From Hydrolagus colliei (lineage: Eukaryota): a DNA stretch of 64,000 nt. The DNA lies in assembly GCA_035084275.1 (NCBI GenBank), contig CM068764.1, forward strand, positions 6,448,001 through 6,512,000. Reading direction: 5' to 3'. The notes beneath the pieces are model-generated. The model was not told the DNA's origin, made no database searches, and worked only from the letters and a program-made list of their open reading frames with translations. Shown here in pieces: positions 36,801 through 51,800 of this stretch (the first letter of the stretch is position 1; each line of letters begins with the position of its first letter). The translations under genes were made by a program, and so were the position numbers.

Positions 36801-39800
36801 TTGATGTTCAGTAAAAGCCCGTTTATCCGGCACCCGCGGGACCTAGCCAATGCTGGAAAGCGCCTGCCGGATCTTCAGGCGGCCCGTCGTCGAAAACCCA
36901 CAACAAAAAAATTAAAGTTCTTTTAACACACACCAGACTAAATAATAACAGAATATTGTATTGGTACTTATTGTAAAACTACTCTCTTGCACTTCTCACA
37001 TTTACTGATTGAGGTTTACAGTCCAGCGATTCTTTTTTAAATGGAGGACTCCAAGCGGGTGAAAAAAATGGCAGCGCGATTTTAAAGTCTCGCGACTTTA
37101 CTAGCGGCAAGCCGATAGCCCTAGATTCTACTAGCGACAAACCGAATACTGCACCTGCACGACAATGTGGGTTATCGGCTAGCGTTATTGGCTTGCCGCT
37201 AGTATGGCTTTAAAATCGCGCTCCGTTTTTTTCGCCCGCTTGGCGAACTCCATTTTAAAAAGAATCACTGGACTATAAACCTCAACTGCAGCATCATGGC
37301 TACAAGCTCAGCATCAAAAGTGAGAAGCGCAAGAGAGTAGTTTTAACAATAAGTACCAATACAATATTCTGTTATTATTTATGCATTTACAAATGCTCCA
37401 CTGCTATTGTTACAAATAGATTCCGGTTTATCGAATGGGGACTTTTTTTTGGTGTGTCGGTTATACGGAAGTGCTGGTTCATCGAGTCATGGATAAATGG
37501 GCTTCTACTGTATTAGAATTGGTTAAATACGTGCTCAAGTGTTTTTTTAATATCTATATAACTTCTTTGTTCCTGCATTTTAGGAAAATAATTTACTACT
37601 GTATCCTCCTAACTCATTAAATTATATGTATCCAAAAGATTTTTTGAAATTACATTTCATGTGCAATAGATGGGAATAGATTGAAAAAAGTATACTAGAA
37701 CATGGGTCAGTACTAATAAATACTTTTTTGTACTATGGCTTTCATTGTATTTCACTGTGAATCACAATTTATACTTTTGACTTTCCAGATTCAAATTATT
37801 CACTAGACATATTAAATTACTATTCAATTGCCTGATTTTCATCAGACACGTAGTCAAGCCTGAGACAGCTTCTCAGCTTTTTGGCCGAGACCTTCCAATT
37901 CAAGTTTAAGTTGAGAATTTCTATTTAAAATTATGCTTGAACACGAAAACCTAAGTCAATCCAAATTGTGTTTGTGCACTATTCTTATGTACAAACTAAT
38001 GCAGGCTTGTGTTGGCAGCGGCCTATGTCAGGTTGTCTTCTATGATCTCTTGGCTGCAAAATAATATAAGTAGCTCTCGGGAACTGAAAGAAGGGAAAAA
38101 AAATTGTTAAGTGGTTGAAGCTGTGGAATCCAGTAAAAATTTCATTTTTTATTGTACCTATTATTAAATAAATAATTAGATGTTTGCTTCAGTATTTGAT
38201 AGCCGCTCAGAATATTTTCTGAAGCTGAACGTGTGCTTCAGGTGGTAGTTTTAGTATTGTGTGTGCTTTAAAATGTGATTGCAAACATCACAAACCAGAA
38301 AAGTGGAGCTATTCAACTTCCACTCAGTTTCAACAATGTGCAATGTCATTACAAAAAGGATCTTAGCTGTAACAAAGAGCTTGTGTGAGCAAGCTGGAAG
38401 GATGAGAACCCATGCGCCAAAGCGCCTTCTTTATCCAAACCTCTTGTGATCTTGTGATGTCTTTCACACTAAAAAATAAATTTAGTCTTTCAAATAATTA
38501 ATAAACAGTTATTATGAAGCAGATATAGATTTAACCTGTAAACCAAAAGTTTAATCATGTGTAAGCAGATAATTTAATATCTCCAGTCAGGTACTGACTT
38601 GAGACAACCTTTTGCATAAAACACGAACATCATATTCAGTTTGATCCATTGTGAGCCAGAAGTGTCAGATTACTACTAGGAAGAAAGGATTTCAGGAGAC
38701 CATTTAGATTAAGTTATGTTGATTAATTCTCTGCTTTGTATAATTCAATAAAATGCATTGCTTCTGTTTTTCCATAGTTAAAACATTCTCAATCAACTAT
38801 AGACAGAAATATGGCAACAGATTGTGTACTATTACACAGCATCAGAAAACTGAAGTACATTGACACAAGTGATCATGTCAGAAACCTAACTTCACCAATT
38901 TAATACTGATCTGAAAAATAGCAAATGGTATTGCATTGAAATTCTTGCCTGCAAACTTTGACCAATATCACTGTGGTGCCCTTTTTTGGGGACAAGTTGA
39001 TTGATTCTCAAAGTTTCTTCCTAATGCTAGTCACAATATTGGGAACAGTAACAGTTCCATTGAAACATTACACACAAAGGGCACCTCTCCATATAAGGCA
39101 GTGCTTGCCTCATGGCGAAGCAATCACTGTGGCAACCATGTGAAACAAAAGACTCTTTAGTATGCTGTTTATTAACCTTCCGTTTATAGTGGAATAGTGG
39201 GAACACACTGAAAAACTGTTGCATACAATCCAAAAGACAAAGCCTTGATTCACACAGGTGCTTCAGACTTTCTCACTGTTGGATCACAACTACAACAGTA
39301 TTGATCTTTTCACATGGAGTTGTTATGGTTGAAGTGTTTTGACTGTAAGCATGAGTTTAATTGCTGTTTACATTTAAGCAAAATTCTATTTTTTCTTTGA
39401 TATATATACAGTATATGTAAATGAAACACCATCAACGTATGTTGACGAGTGAGCGCACGCTTGCACACAAATAGATATAGATGCAGACACTCTCACACAC
39501 ACAGGGAAACCCAATTATAGCATTCTTCAATTGTACTTAGCAACTCTTTGGAAAACTAAAGTTCAAAGCTGTGCTGCTATTAAATATTACTCTGTAGGTT
39601 GCATTGTAAATGTCACGTATAAAGACTCATTATGTCAGAATTATTCATTATATTATTAGTGTCAGTATTTTTTTTCAAAAATGCTTTTTTTCATCATTTA
39701 CATATTGTAATCTTATAAATTATGCTCTTGGACCTAATTATAAAAGCAAATTGGTAGTCATGCCATATTCAATGGTGAAGAGTGTCTGTGGTGAAGTCCC

Positions 39801-42800
39801 ACCATATTATGGCAAGCAACAGTGAGTGAATGAGATTTAAACCTCAAATTGTATAGTTGTATAATTCAGTCATATAGAGTTATGTATGTTATCAGAATAA
39901 CTTTTGATTCAAGGGAAATCTTTTGGATTTTTTATAATGTTTGTTTACCATGTGTATTTTTCACTTTTAGGCAGTGGAGGAGCTTCTGGAGTCCCTGGAT
40001 TTGGAGAAGAGCAGTTATCACATGGGCCTTAGTCGGGTAAGGAATGCTGCTTATAAAAGCAGTTAGATACCTGACAGTATATTGCTATCCAGGCCTGGAG
40101 GGAAAGCCTGCCAACATTAGACTAGCTCATCTGTCTCTCAGTAATTCGCAACTGTCATCGCTAAGGTTAACCCTGTAAGTAAAACTAGATCAGAGTTGAT
40201 GCCCATTGAAGTGTCTCCTCACCAAGCCATATAGGCTGCAACTCTGTTGCTGGTGAATTGAATTATAGTTACAGTCAAATTAGTTTGTTTTGTAAATTAT
40301 ACATTATTGGCCAATATGATTTAATTTACTCTTGTTCAGATCTCAAACCCTTAAATCATTGGCTCTTTCTAGTGCTGAGTAGAATTACATAGAAGTAAAA
40401 GATGTTTACTTTGATGCTACTTGCAGTTTAATCCTAAAACAATTGTACCAGCTTCCCTTGAATTGGATTTGCAGTTCAAATGAAAGATCAATATTGTTTA
40501 AACAACTTTGAACCTGATATAATGAACTGGGCTGCTTAATAGGGCATGATTAATTGCATGGATTAGTAGAATTAGAACCATAATAGCAATTGGTATTGGT
40601 TTGAGAAACATGAGTTGATAAAGATTCATTACTATTTTCTATTAGTGTTGGTTTTTTAAAAAAAAATGGCATATACAATAGTTCTCTTCCAAGTGAACCA
40701 ATTTGGAATAAGTGGTGTTATTTTTGTAATGTAGATTTTAAAATTGCTTCACAGAAATATCCCTGGATGTACAGTAATTGATTTTTTTTCTCCCTGCCTG
40801 TATTTGCTTCCATAAATATTGTCCTTATGCTGCATCTTTAGCTTTCCTAGATGGAGAATACATAGTGCATGGCTACTCATGAAGGGCATAGTTAACTTAA
40901 ACCCCAATCCTTAACTTTAAAATCCTCCCACATTTATTATAATGCATCCAGACTCGCTTCCCACCCATCCCAACCAACCAAAGTAACACTGCTAAGTAGC
41001 CCAATGCCCTGCCAAGTAGCAGCATTGCAATGTCAAACTGTAAGCATCTGAAATATGTGAAACGGCGTTTACTGCAATATGTAACCCAGCATGTGTCCTG
41101 TATAGTACTCAACTATTTTTAATTCAAAAATAATTTTTCCACCACCCCACTGATTGTCAGCCCTTCATAAACTGTACTTCTTGCTGTTATGTATCAATAT
41201 GTAAAAATAACTATTTAAATGTTTTACTTCAGTGAATTTTCAGTTCAAATCTTTATAAATAATTCATATCTTGTAGTATTTCTAGTGTTATCCTCTGCTG
41301 CATTTTGTTGCTATGCGATTTGCCCAATTTGTCTTGAGGCATTGAAAAAGCTTGATTAGTGCTTGCCTTTTTTTAGGCACCAAGACCTCAGCTTTGAGCG
41401 TCTGTTGTTGAGTTCATTTCTGTAACCTTGCTGTATCAAGAATTTCTGTCATCTGTTATGAGCACTCTTAGGAAATAATTGCAAACCTTGAGGGATTGCA
41501 ACTTAATGAATTTGAGTTGATAGAGTGCATAACTTGATATGTATATAAGGAGAAATGGTAATTAATTATTTTAACACATAGTTTGAATATAAAGTGGCAT
41601 GTACAGAAAAAGACAGTAGAATGTTTGAAATCTTTCCCTGTTTACCTTGCCAGATAACTGTTGGAGTATTTTTCAGTGTTTCGCTCATTAACTTTGGTCA
41701 GCTAGGTTATCTGACACATATGGAAACCAAACCAAACTGAGTTCCAGTCATCCAACCTACACATGGAAATTCTTGTTTATGATAGATCTAGAGAAATGTC
41801 AATTTAAAAACATTGAACTGCTGTTCATTTCAAATCAGATTTGCAGAGAACTTGATTTTAGATTATTCATACTTTATGAAATAGTTTCTGATATAAGTGC
41901 TCTCAGTCTCCAAAAAAGCTACTTGCAAATTTCATGGATTTGACATATTTATATTGATGCTTTGGAAAAGAAATCTTTCTAGTTCAGGTTTCTTGAATAG
42001 AAGAGACCATCTTAAAAATCTCCAACACTACTATTGCAGATAGCCACTATAAGCAACGTCATCCTTCCTATAAATGCTGATCCCATTTCTAAAATCATTT
42101 TCATCTGATCAGCACTATTGTTTTACAAACGGCTTTCTAACGTACACAGATATAAATAATGCTCCTCCACAGGGAGGAGATAAATTTAGCAGTGTTTTTG
42201 ACTGGATTTATTGTGTGTCCATTACATTTCATTGCCAACTGAAAATAATTCTACCCTTCAAGCATTTAATTGCTTTAAAACACCTATAAACTGAAATAAA
42301 CTGTTCACATTTGTAAATATTTACTTGGCTGAACTGTTCCTTAATTATTTTTATTAGGTGCCTTGAGTAGAGGCAAAAAAAGATTTTGAAAGAAAACTCA
42401 CAAATAAACCTCAAATGACTTTAGAAGCATGTTTTAGAATTGGGTGCTTAAAGGGGGTGATTTGCAATTAGTGGGAAAGTGAAGGAAATTAGTGGGAAAT
42501 CTTAAAGTTTGCATACTTCTCTAAGGGAATGGTGAGTGAGAGTTAATCCTGCAAATTAAACTGTTAATTTCCGTCTTTAATTGGATTTCACCTAGTAGAG
42601 ATTTTCCTTCCCAAAACATATTCAATTGTTTTTAAAATATTGACTAGTTTGCTTTTGAAACTTGCAATCCATAGATGCACCCACAGATGAGGTATCACTC
42701 AGAGTGGAAAAAATGACCATTAAAGCAGCATTGAAAATTGTATACATCCACGGGCTCATATCATGCCCTAATTCAGGAGTTTCTCTCCCGACTGGTCAAT

Positions 42801-45800
42801 CATCCCCAGAATCTGCTTAAAAAGGAAGAATTTTTAACATCTGTTCCTAGAGGACGTTCACCCTAAATGGAGCAGAATACTTCCATGTCAAAATTGCCTG
42901 TAGGTGGCTCAATTTAACAATCAAAGTCTTGTTAGCTCCACATTAAATAGCCTGTGTTGAAAGTGTAATATTAAACTGAAAGAACTGCTGCCTGAAGTAG
43001 AGATTGTAGAGGTTTTCGAAGTCTTAGCCAGAATTATTTTAATTTGATCTGAACATATTTTTTAGTTTTTTTTAATGGAGATGCATGTTGTGAAATTGTT
43101 GATAGGTTTTTGGTGAATTATTGTAGCACTGGAGGCAATTCACATGTTTGTTACCACAGGTGACAAATGAAATCTGAAACAATACATTTGTACAAAGCCT
43201 TTCACTTTAGGGGATAACCCAAGGCACTTGGCACCCAAGCTGGTGGTGGGACCTGAGCTGGTGGGGAACGGAAAGATGACCGAAGGATTAATTAAATGAT
43301 TAATTCATAAATTAAACCAATTAGGTAATTACTGTTACATTGTTAATGCTGAATCTGATTGATATAATTGGGTGAATGCATTCAGTTACTTGCTGACTGC
43401 ACTGTCTTGGTGGACTTTGAGGGCCGCTGTGGCCAAAGCTCAAAGTGGCAATCTGCATGCTGTTAGATGTTGAAAATGTTTGGGGCATTGCTAAATTTAG
43501 TGGAAGTGAAACTGACGTGTGTGCTATTTAGGTGTAGCTGTTTAGTAAATATTCTGTTTATTCAAGTGAAACGCAACAGTATTCTTGGCTTCATACATTC
43601 ACAAAAAACATTGGTATATGTTATGGATAACAGATTGAGTCAGATGCTGTGTCTTATGTGTTTTGTAATGGATTGTGCTGCAAAGGTTTTCTGTAACTGC
43701 TGCTGTTCTGAACCGTTTCTTGTTCTGCACTTATGTTCTGAATGGAAGTCTCATTAATTTTTACCCGAGTTGAAACTTGTAAACCAGCATTACTTTATTT
43801 CCTGGCTCTGAATAAAACTATTTCTGTTAATTCTTGGTAAAGGTGAGAGGTATTCGTTTTGGGGAATGTAAGTGATTTTCACTTCTGCCCTCCTGTCAGC
43901 ATCGGGTATTCCCAGAGTCAATCTAGATGAAGAGTAAGCACTGTCTGCACTGCTTCAAATAATGCATTGACCCCCCTCAGAATAGCACTCACTGCTACAC
44001 TAGCCTGGCATTTCCATTCCCCACAGCAACCATCTCAGTGACCTAAATGAATGAGACTGCCAGCTTCGTGTCAATTGAAGTTAAATTGGGGGTCATTTTG
44101 TGATGTGAACTCATGCCCACTGGGAACTGGATTGCAACTACCAAATTAATTTAATTCACGACTCCCAACATCATTCTGAGAGAAGAGACTTTCTGCTGTC
44201 AGTCTGTGCAAGATTCACTATAGGTACCAGAAGTGAAAGGGTTAATGACAGTGTTATAACTGAATGTGCCACTGAGGACTAGGTAGGTGTATTAACATTT
44301 TTGAGTGATTAAAAAATGAACTGATGATTTTGTAAGTTAGAAAGTGAAGGTACCAATCCATCAGATTCTGGATTTTATCACCTGAGGGAAAACAAAGAAG
44401 AATCTTTAGTTTGTATATAATTAAAATCTTTCTTTATCAAATTAGTTATGACATGAAAACCTTGCTTCTTGTATGTTCTGCACACAATATGTCAAATACT
44501 AAACTATTAAGTGAACAAAGATCATTGTTTGGTTGTTAGTGAAACTCAACTCTGTAAGTAGGACTTGAGAGTAAATTGCAAAAATAATGCATGTGGCTAA
44601 CAATATGAGAGAATAAGCCGTTAAACATATCTATCACACTGGCTTGTAACTATCTGCGAATGACTCAGGACTTGGCAACTTTAGAGAGAGAACTTCTCAT
44701 TTTGATCTGGACAAGTGGAATCACTTACTTTTGTTTTACAAATTTATACCATAAATATACATGTGCAGCAAAAAGAACATTTTGATATCATGTGATTCAC
44801 TTGGTGAGTACTATACTTATTATCATGATTTTCTGGCATTGGAATTTTAACAACATTTAGTATTTATTTAATCCAATACTAACACCAGCATAAAACAACA
44901 ACAAAATTACATTTATATAGTGCCTTTCACGTCAGGAGGATGTGCAAATTTAATAATATTTAATATTAATAATCCTTGCATTTGATGTAGCAGCCGTCGG
45001 CAGCCGTGCCTTCAGCCCCGAGGCTCTGGAACTCCTTTCCTCACTCACTTCGCCTAATCCTCTCCTTTCCTATTTTCGGGTCACGTCTAAAAACTTTTCT
45101 TTTCGACCGCACTTTTAGTCACCTTTTTCCTCCTTCCACTGTCTAGGCCCTGGGATCCTAGTTGTGAGGCGCTCTGGCGTGGAGGGCGCTACATAAATCC
45201 AAGTTGTTATTTGTTGTACCTTACAGCTAATAGTAATGATCTACTATGAGTTGTTTTAAATAAAGTTGTGCCATTGAAATGTTTTGTAAAATCTGCTTTA
45301 TGGATAAGAGATATTGGTTTAGTATATAAGATGATTCTCAATGGCTGCCTTTATACAAAACAGCCCACTCAGCAAACCAACGTGTTCACATTTGTTTTCC
45401 AATCTCAATATAAGTATGACTTCAATCATGTTAATTTGGTCCCTAACCTTTAGTCCTGCTGCAATGAGAAACAGTGCGACCGGCCCAGGAATGGAATGTT
45501 AGCATCAATATAGTAGAATGGGAAACTGTATATTGGTTAGGATACTGAGCTGTGCAAAATCATGAGAATACCCCTGGCTGCTAACAAGTTGTGTGAGATC
45601 ACCACGGGAAACACAGCATTAAATCATCTGCCAAGTTTTCCTTGATGGTTTTAACTGAGATCAAAATCTCATTATGTCGAGCACTGCAGGTGTAAGCAGT
45701 GTTCTTTACTCTACCAAAGAGCATTGAAGCTCCTATATCATTGCACCACTTCAATGATCCTACTTATTCAAAATAATTACTGGAACAGAATTCAAACTAA

Positions 45801-48800
45801 GATTCCTTTCATAGAATTATGTTTGTGAAGCATTTTCCATTTATTTTGTAACACATTCGTTGTTGCTTCATGTCTTCCATTTTTATATAATATGTACTTA
45901 ATGAGATTGATGCATTTATCAGATGCTTCAATCAATAATCTTTTGAAAAGTTGAATTCCAAGATTCTACATTTGTGATATTGATGATAAATAGCTCATTG
46001 AACAGTTTTAGTATATTTTCTCCTCTCTCTGGTTGAAATGCCTCTTGGTAGGAACACAGAGACATATTGAAACCAATATCAAAAACATATTTAATGAAAG
46101 TATCGCAGTGAAACTTTAACAAGTCTGTTGTGAAAATTACAGAATTCTCAAATGTTCGGTACAGTTTTGATGCATACGAAATTCTGGTTCTTCATGTTAG
46201 ATAAAATAAGCACACAAGCATTTCAATGTAAATGTAATAACTACAAGTCACAGTTGACAGCTCTGCCTTTGTATGGGGAATGTTTGCTACAGGGCTTAAA
46301 TCTAAATCTATTTGGTCAAAGACATTAAACATGTCTTTGCTTCTGAATGTATTGTGATTTTTGACCTTTTATTCTGCAGATAACAATAGCACTATTTTGC
46401 CAGCAGTCCCACTCGCATAAGTTGAAATGCACAATTATGTAAGAGGGGAAAAAAATTGTTAAGCAGCATTGTTTCATAAAGCCGTGCATCAGCACCCAGT
46501 GTTGTGAGGACTCCAGAGGCAGAGTACATTCATTTGATTTGTTACCAGAAATAGATTTTTCTATCAGGAAATTCTGATGCAAGCACAAAATGTGGCAGCA
46601 TGATAATGTCTTCTGGTTCAGTTTTTTGAATTTTCAAGATCGTGATGTAAAATCTATTGAAAACTAAATGGTTACAAATATGGTCTGTCGCAAATGCAGT
46701 TATTTCTAGCCATCTGTAAGTGGTTGTACGCTCCAAGATTGTGTTGTTGAATAACCTTACCAGTTGAGTGGTTTTGCAGGAGATTACAATACCAAACACA
46801 ATTCCTGGCAAAATATATTGCTGTGCTGTGCATTGATGGCATTGTTAATGTTGATGGAAACAGCTTCTGAGTGACAAAACCAGAAAAATCAATACACAGA
46901 AGGTTATAAAACCTAGTTTAATGGCCAGATATTTTCTTTCTTTAAGAGGTTGAAAAGACCTTTCGTGTTCAATAAATTAAAAGGCATTGATAGAATGTTT
47001 TCATCCACTGGAACTTTTAAGTGAGAAAACCAATAACAGTCTACACAATCCAATGTAGACAGGACAGGTACTGATGTGTGAAGAGTAACTTTTCACATTT
47101 AACTTTTGAAGCCATCTTGGATTAAGTGCATCCATTTTTCATACATTTTCATATGATTCTGAATACTTGTTATTGGAAAAAGTGTTAAGTATTTCCGCAT
47201 GTAGAATTTTGAAAACCTTGCGTGACATGGGAATCCCATTGGAGCTCCTGTAGCTCAGTGGTTACAGCACTCGCCTTACAAGCATGAGACCTGTGTTCAA
47301 ATCCAGGCAGGTCATGGCGAAACCTTGGGCAAGTTTCCTTACTCCACACGCCTAATAATAATCCATCCAAAAAAAAACACAGTAACAAATATTGGTCATT
47401 TCAATCCACAACTGTTTGTGGGACAAATTGACTGCCGTGTTTCGCCCACATATATACAGTCAATTCACTTTCCAGTATATTCTGTGAAGCACTTTGAGAC
47501 GTTGATAAGATGTGAAAAATGTTATATCAAATGTAAGGATTATTATTACAGTATTTATTATTATGTTGTGTGTAGAATGATAGCATTAGCATCCATCATC
47601 AATGGTTGGTCATCACTATAATCCATCACTCAATGGGTGACCAATCTTAGTCGTTCTGTTAGGAGTCACAGGGAATGGTAATTATTTAACCTCAGAGACT
47701 CCAACCCAGAAGCATTAGAGACTTGTGACTTTGTGATTTTCTTTTTTTGGCAATATTTTATAGGGGAGAGTTTTAGGTCTTCTTTTTCAATTTGATTTTT
47801 ACTGATGAGATATGAGATAGCAGAGGGCATTCAATGCCCCCACAGGAATCTTCACCTTCAGGAGAGAAATGGTGGGGAGGAACATTTAAGAGAGAAAGAT
47901 ACAAACTTTAAAATCTGCAATCACATTTTGCAGCTCCCATTAAATTCACTATATTGTATGTGGTGAATAATAAAAATAATCCTTGTATTTGATATAGTGC
48001 TTTTAACATGTTATGAACATCTCAAAGTGCTTCACAGAATATATTGTAAAGTGAATTTACTCTATATTTGCGGGTGAATGAATATTAACCAAATATTTGA
48101 CAAAATTACTTAAATGTTTACGTTTTAATTTTCTCGATTTATAGGTGTTTTTCAGAGCAGGATCTCTCATTAAATTGGAAGAGCAGAGAGATGAACAGAC
48201 CAGAAGGAATATCACACTTTTCCAGGCAGCTTGCAGAGGGTACCTTGCACGGCAATATTTCAAGAAGCGAAAGGTAAATTGTCGGTTTCATTAGAGTAAA
48301 CACAGCGTTTGTTCTACACCCAATCATATTTATATTCAATTTCCATATTGTCATCTTCAGATCTTAACCAAAAATGGAAGTTGAACATTTTCCAATGGCA
48401 ACTATATTTCACTCTTGAAATAACAGCGCTGTTTAAAGTTGTAAAGTTTAAAACTTCATTTGGAGTGTCATGGGCATCATAATTGGTCGAAATTTATTGC
48501 GTTGTAATGCCAGAAATGCTATAGTTGCCCATTTAAAAAAGATATTTAGGATATTTAACCAACTCATCTGAAATGATGCTGATGGTACAGCAATGATATG
48601 ACTAATACTGATTTAATGATTGTGATTCAGATTCAAGAACTAGCTATCCGATGTATTCAGAAGAACATAAAGAAGAATAAAGGAGTCAAGAATTGGCAGT
48701 GGTGGAAGTTGTTCACTACTGTTCGGCCATTGATTGAGGTTCAGTTAACAGAGGAACAGATACGTGGCAAAGATGTAAGTATTTTTAACCACATTTTTAT

Positions 48801-51800
48801 GTTGTTTGATACCTAGTGTTTATAAATTAAGTTTGTTTCTGAAGGTGCTTACATTAATAATGTGTTGAAGAAATGAATTTTTTTATTGCTTTTGAGTTAT
48901 CTTGTTTGTACAGCTGGCAACACCTTTTAATGAAAGTATGTAAATCTGAAAATGTTTTATTAATAATAAGTTGGTGAAAAGCAACTGTTCTGAGTTATCT
49001 TGTTTGGGTAGTGAGCAACACCGTTTAATCAAAATTATGTAAATCTGAAAATGTCATTGTGATTGACAAACACAAAACTGCGAATGCAACTCAAAATTGT
49101 TGTTGAGCTAAATTGACACATCTTAAAACTAACAAATGCTTCACAGCTTTTTTTTTCTAAAGTTTAGTGCATTCAATTTTAGCTTCTATCCAAAGCTGTA
49201 AACTTTCTATTAGATACTCTGTGTTTGTTCATTGATTTATGCCATGCGAATATTGACTAGATCAGATTCTATGGAAAAGACAAGCTTTCAAAAATTGGAT
49301 ATATAGAGCAGTCTGCAGTCTATCAAAGCAAGTAGATTTGTTTGTCTTCAATGTTGAGATTTGTGAGATTTGATTTAAAGGCTTTCATGATTGGCAACAG
49401 CTGTAGCAAATGAATGCGATCCAATCTTTTTGATGTCTGAACATTTTTTTTGGAATGCATCAAGTTGTTTATATCATTATATATTTGTTAAGATACATTT
49501 GATCTTTATTAAATCATTTAATAGCCTAACTAAAGAGAATTACTGTAAATGTTGGATGAGATTATTTCTCCTAAACTGTTACTGATTTACTTTGGATATA
49601 CTTTATTACTTAATGTAAATTAACCTTATTTCCCACTATGGTTGCCTTACAATCTATGACCGTCAATCTTGTACTCTGTTGGTGGTCATTGGCTTCAGTT
49701 TGTTTCGCAAGTTAAAGAGAGAAAAATCAGCCAGTATTCGTGCTTGACGACCATCCTGTGACCCTGCTAAAAAGTGCCCATTTGTGGATGTTGGAAAGGA
49801 AAATCTGGTTTAATTGGAAGCCTTATTTTAAACACAAAAAAGTCGCCAGGAACAAAACACCATAGATAAAGAGGATAGTGGAGGAAAAATGTATTAGTCA
49901 GTTAGTGTGGCTTGCGGTTGCAGTAATCAACCCAAATATAGACTGGCATGCCACTTCTGGTCCCTGCTTATGGTGGTTGACGCTGAAATTCCATCTTTGC
50001 AGCTAGAATTTGATTGTGCTGGTGCTTCTATAAAACTAAAAAGGGATGTGCTTTTGTAGAACCATTTAGCCATATATGTACTTCACTTATCAAACAACTT
50101 GCATTTGGAAAGCACCCTTCATGCAGGATCACTTCTCTGAGCACTTCAAAATGGCCGGTCAGGTACTGAGCAAGGAGCAAAGCAGGATGTGGGTGATGAT
50201 GTTTTTAGGCAGGAATTGAAGATGGATAGAGAGGGCAGAGAGTGAGATGGAGGGGTAGAAGGGATTCCAGACTTCCATAGAGGTTGCAGTTGCTTGAAGA
50301 CACCGGGGATAGTGGAACCAGAGACACAGTGAGGAGTGCATTTGAAAAGTCTAGTCGGGAGGTAACAAAGTTGTGACAATAAACGTGAAGTTTATTTTTA
50401 TTATTTTTATGTAATAATGCAATGAGATCTGTGCAGGAATAGATCCCTCCTACAACACCTTCTGCTGGCCATTGCCGCACATTTTCCTAATGTTGTCAGA
50501 AGACATTGACTACTAACACTGGGAATACCAAACTAAGAAGAAAAGGGGGAGGGAAAGAGAAGGGCACTAACTATAGATGGTGTGAGGTTGTTGGGGTTGG
50601 GGTAAGGAGTGAGATGCGGGTGGAGCAGACTCCCAAGACCAATTGTCTGAAATGGTCAAATAAACTCTCCTTAAATTTAACCTGTCTGTCAGCCAGTCCT
50701 TGATCGAGAGATTTGAGACTTTAGCCAATCAGAGCAGAGGCGGGCTTTATTATCCTGTTGTATGGTATATGTACAAGGACGCAGCCACATCCACCTCAAT
50801 GGCACAACCGTGAACTGCAAATAGGAAGGTTGTAATTACAATGATCGCTATTGTTGGGTGTGAAGGAAAAAACAAAATCAGTCAGCTTCTAATGAGGAGA
50901 AAAAAAAATCGACAGATTATTTTTATTTTCGTCCAACTTGGCTACTTAATTTCATCAGGAGGAGATTCAGCAGCTACGCAGCAAAGTAGAGAAATTTGAA
51001 AAGGAGCGCAACGAGCTGCGACTGAACAATGACCGTTTAGAGAGCAGGGTAAGTTTGCTGTGAAAGGTCCTTTGTATATATTGTGTTCCAGCCAGATTTA
51101 CTATCAATGTTGGATTGTAGGAAGAGATTAGTCATTTTGCAACACCAAATTGATATGTAATTAAGCCTCCCCAAATATCACACTGGTATCAGAATGGGGC
51201 TATTATTGAACATCAGAGTGGGTGAACGCAATATGGTAAGCAAGAAGTGGGATTCTGAAGTATTAATACCAAAGTTTCATTCCAGTTATGGGGGAGTGTT
51301 AATCCATTTTAAGATTAGCATGAATCTAGTTCAATTAACATCAAATTTTCTCTCCGATGAAAGATTTAGTTGCAATTCACAAAGATGAATGTAGATATAA
51401 TTGCATTTTGCAGAAAGCTATTAATAATTTGGAGGAGAAAGCACAAAAGGTGAAATTCCACCACCTGTAATTTTCAGTATCACAAAAACATCTATTATGC
51501 AAACAATAATAGTTTTCATTTGGATGTTAAACATTGGTCCTTAAAAGGGACAACAGTTGGAAAAGTACAATTTTATTCAGTAGGAGCAAACAAAGTTTCC
51601 AGGATAGATTTAATTAACAGTGACTAGTTCAGCTTTGTCATCTTCCATCCTCAATCTAGTTGGAGATGTTTGATCTAAGACTTTTGTATTTTGGAAGAAC
51701 AAGTATTTCTGTAACAATCTCTAAAAACATAGGGCAAAACTAAATGTGAGGAATTGCAGATAAATCCACAGTGCAATAAATTTTGAAGACTAACGAAGAC

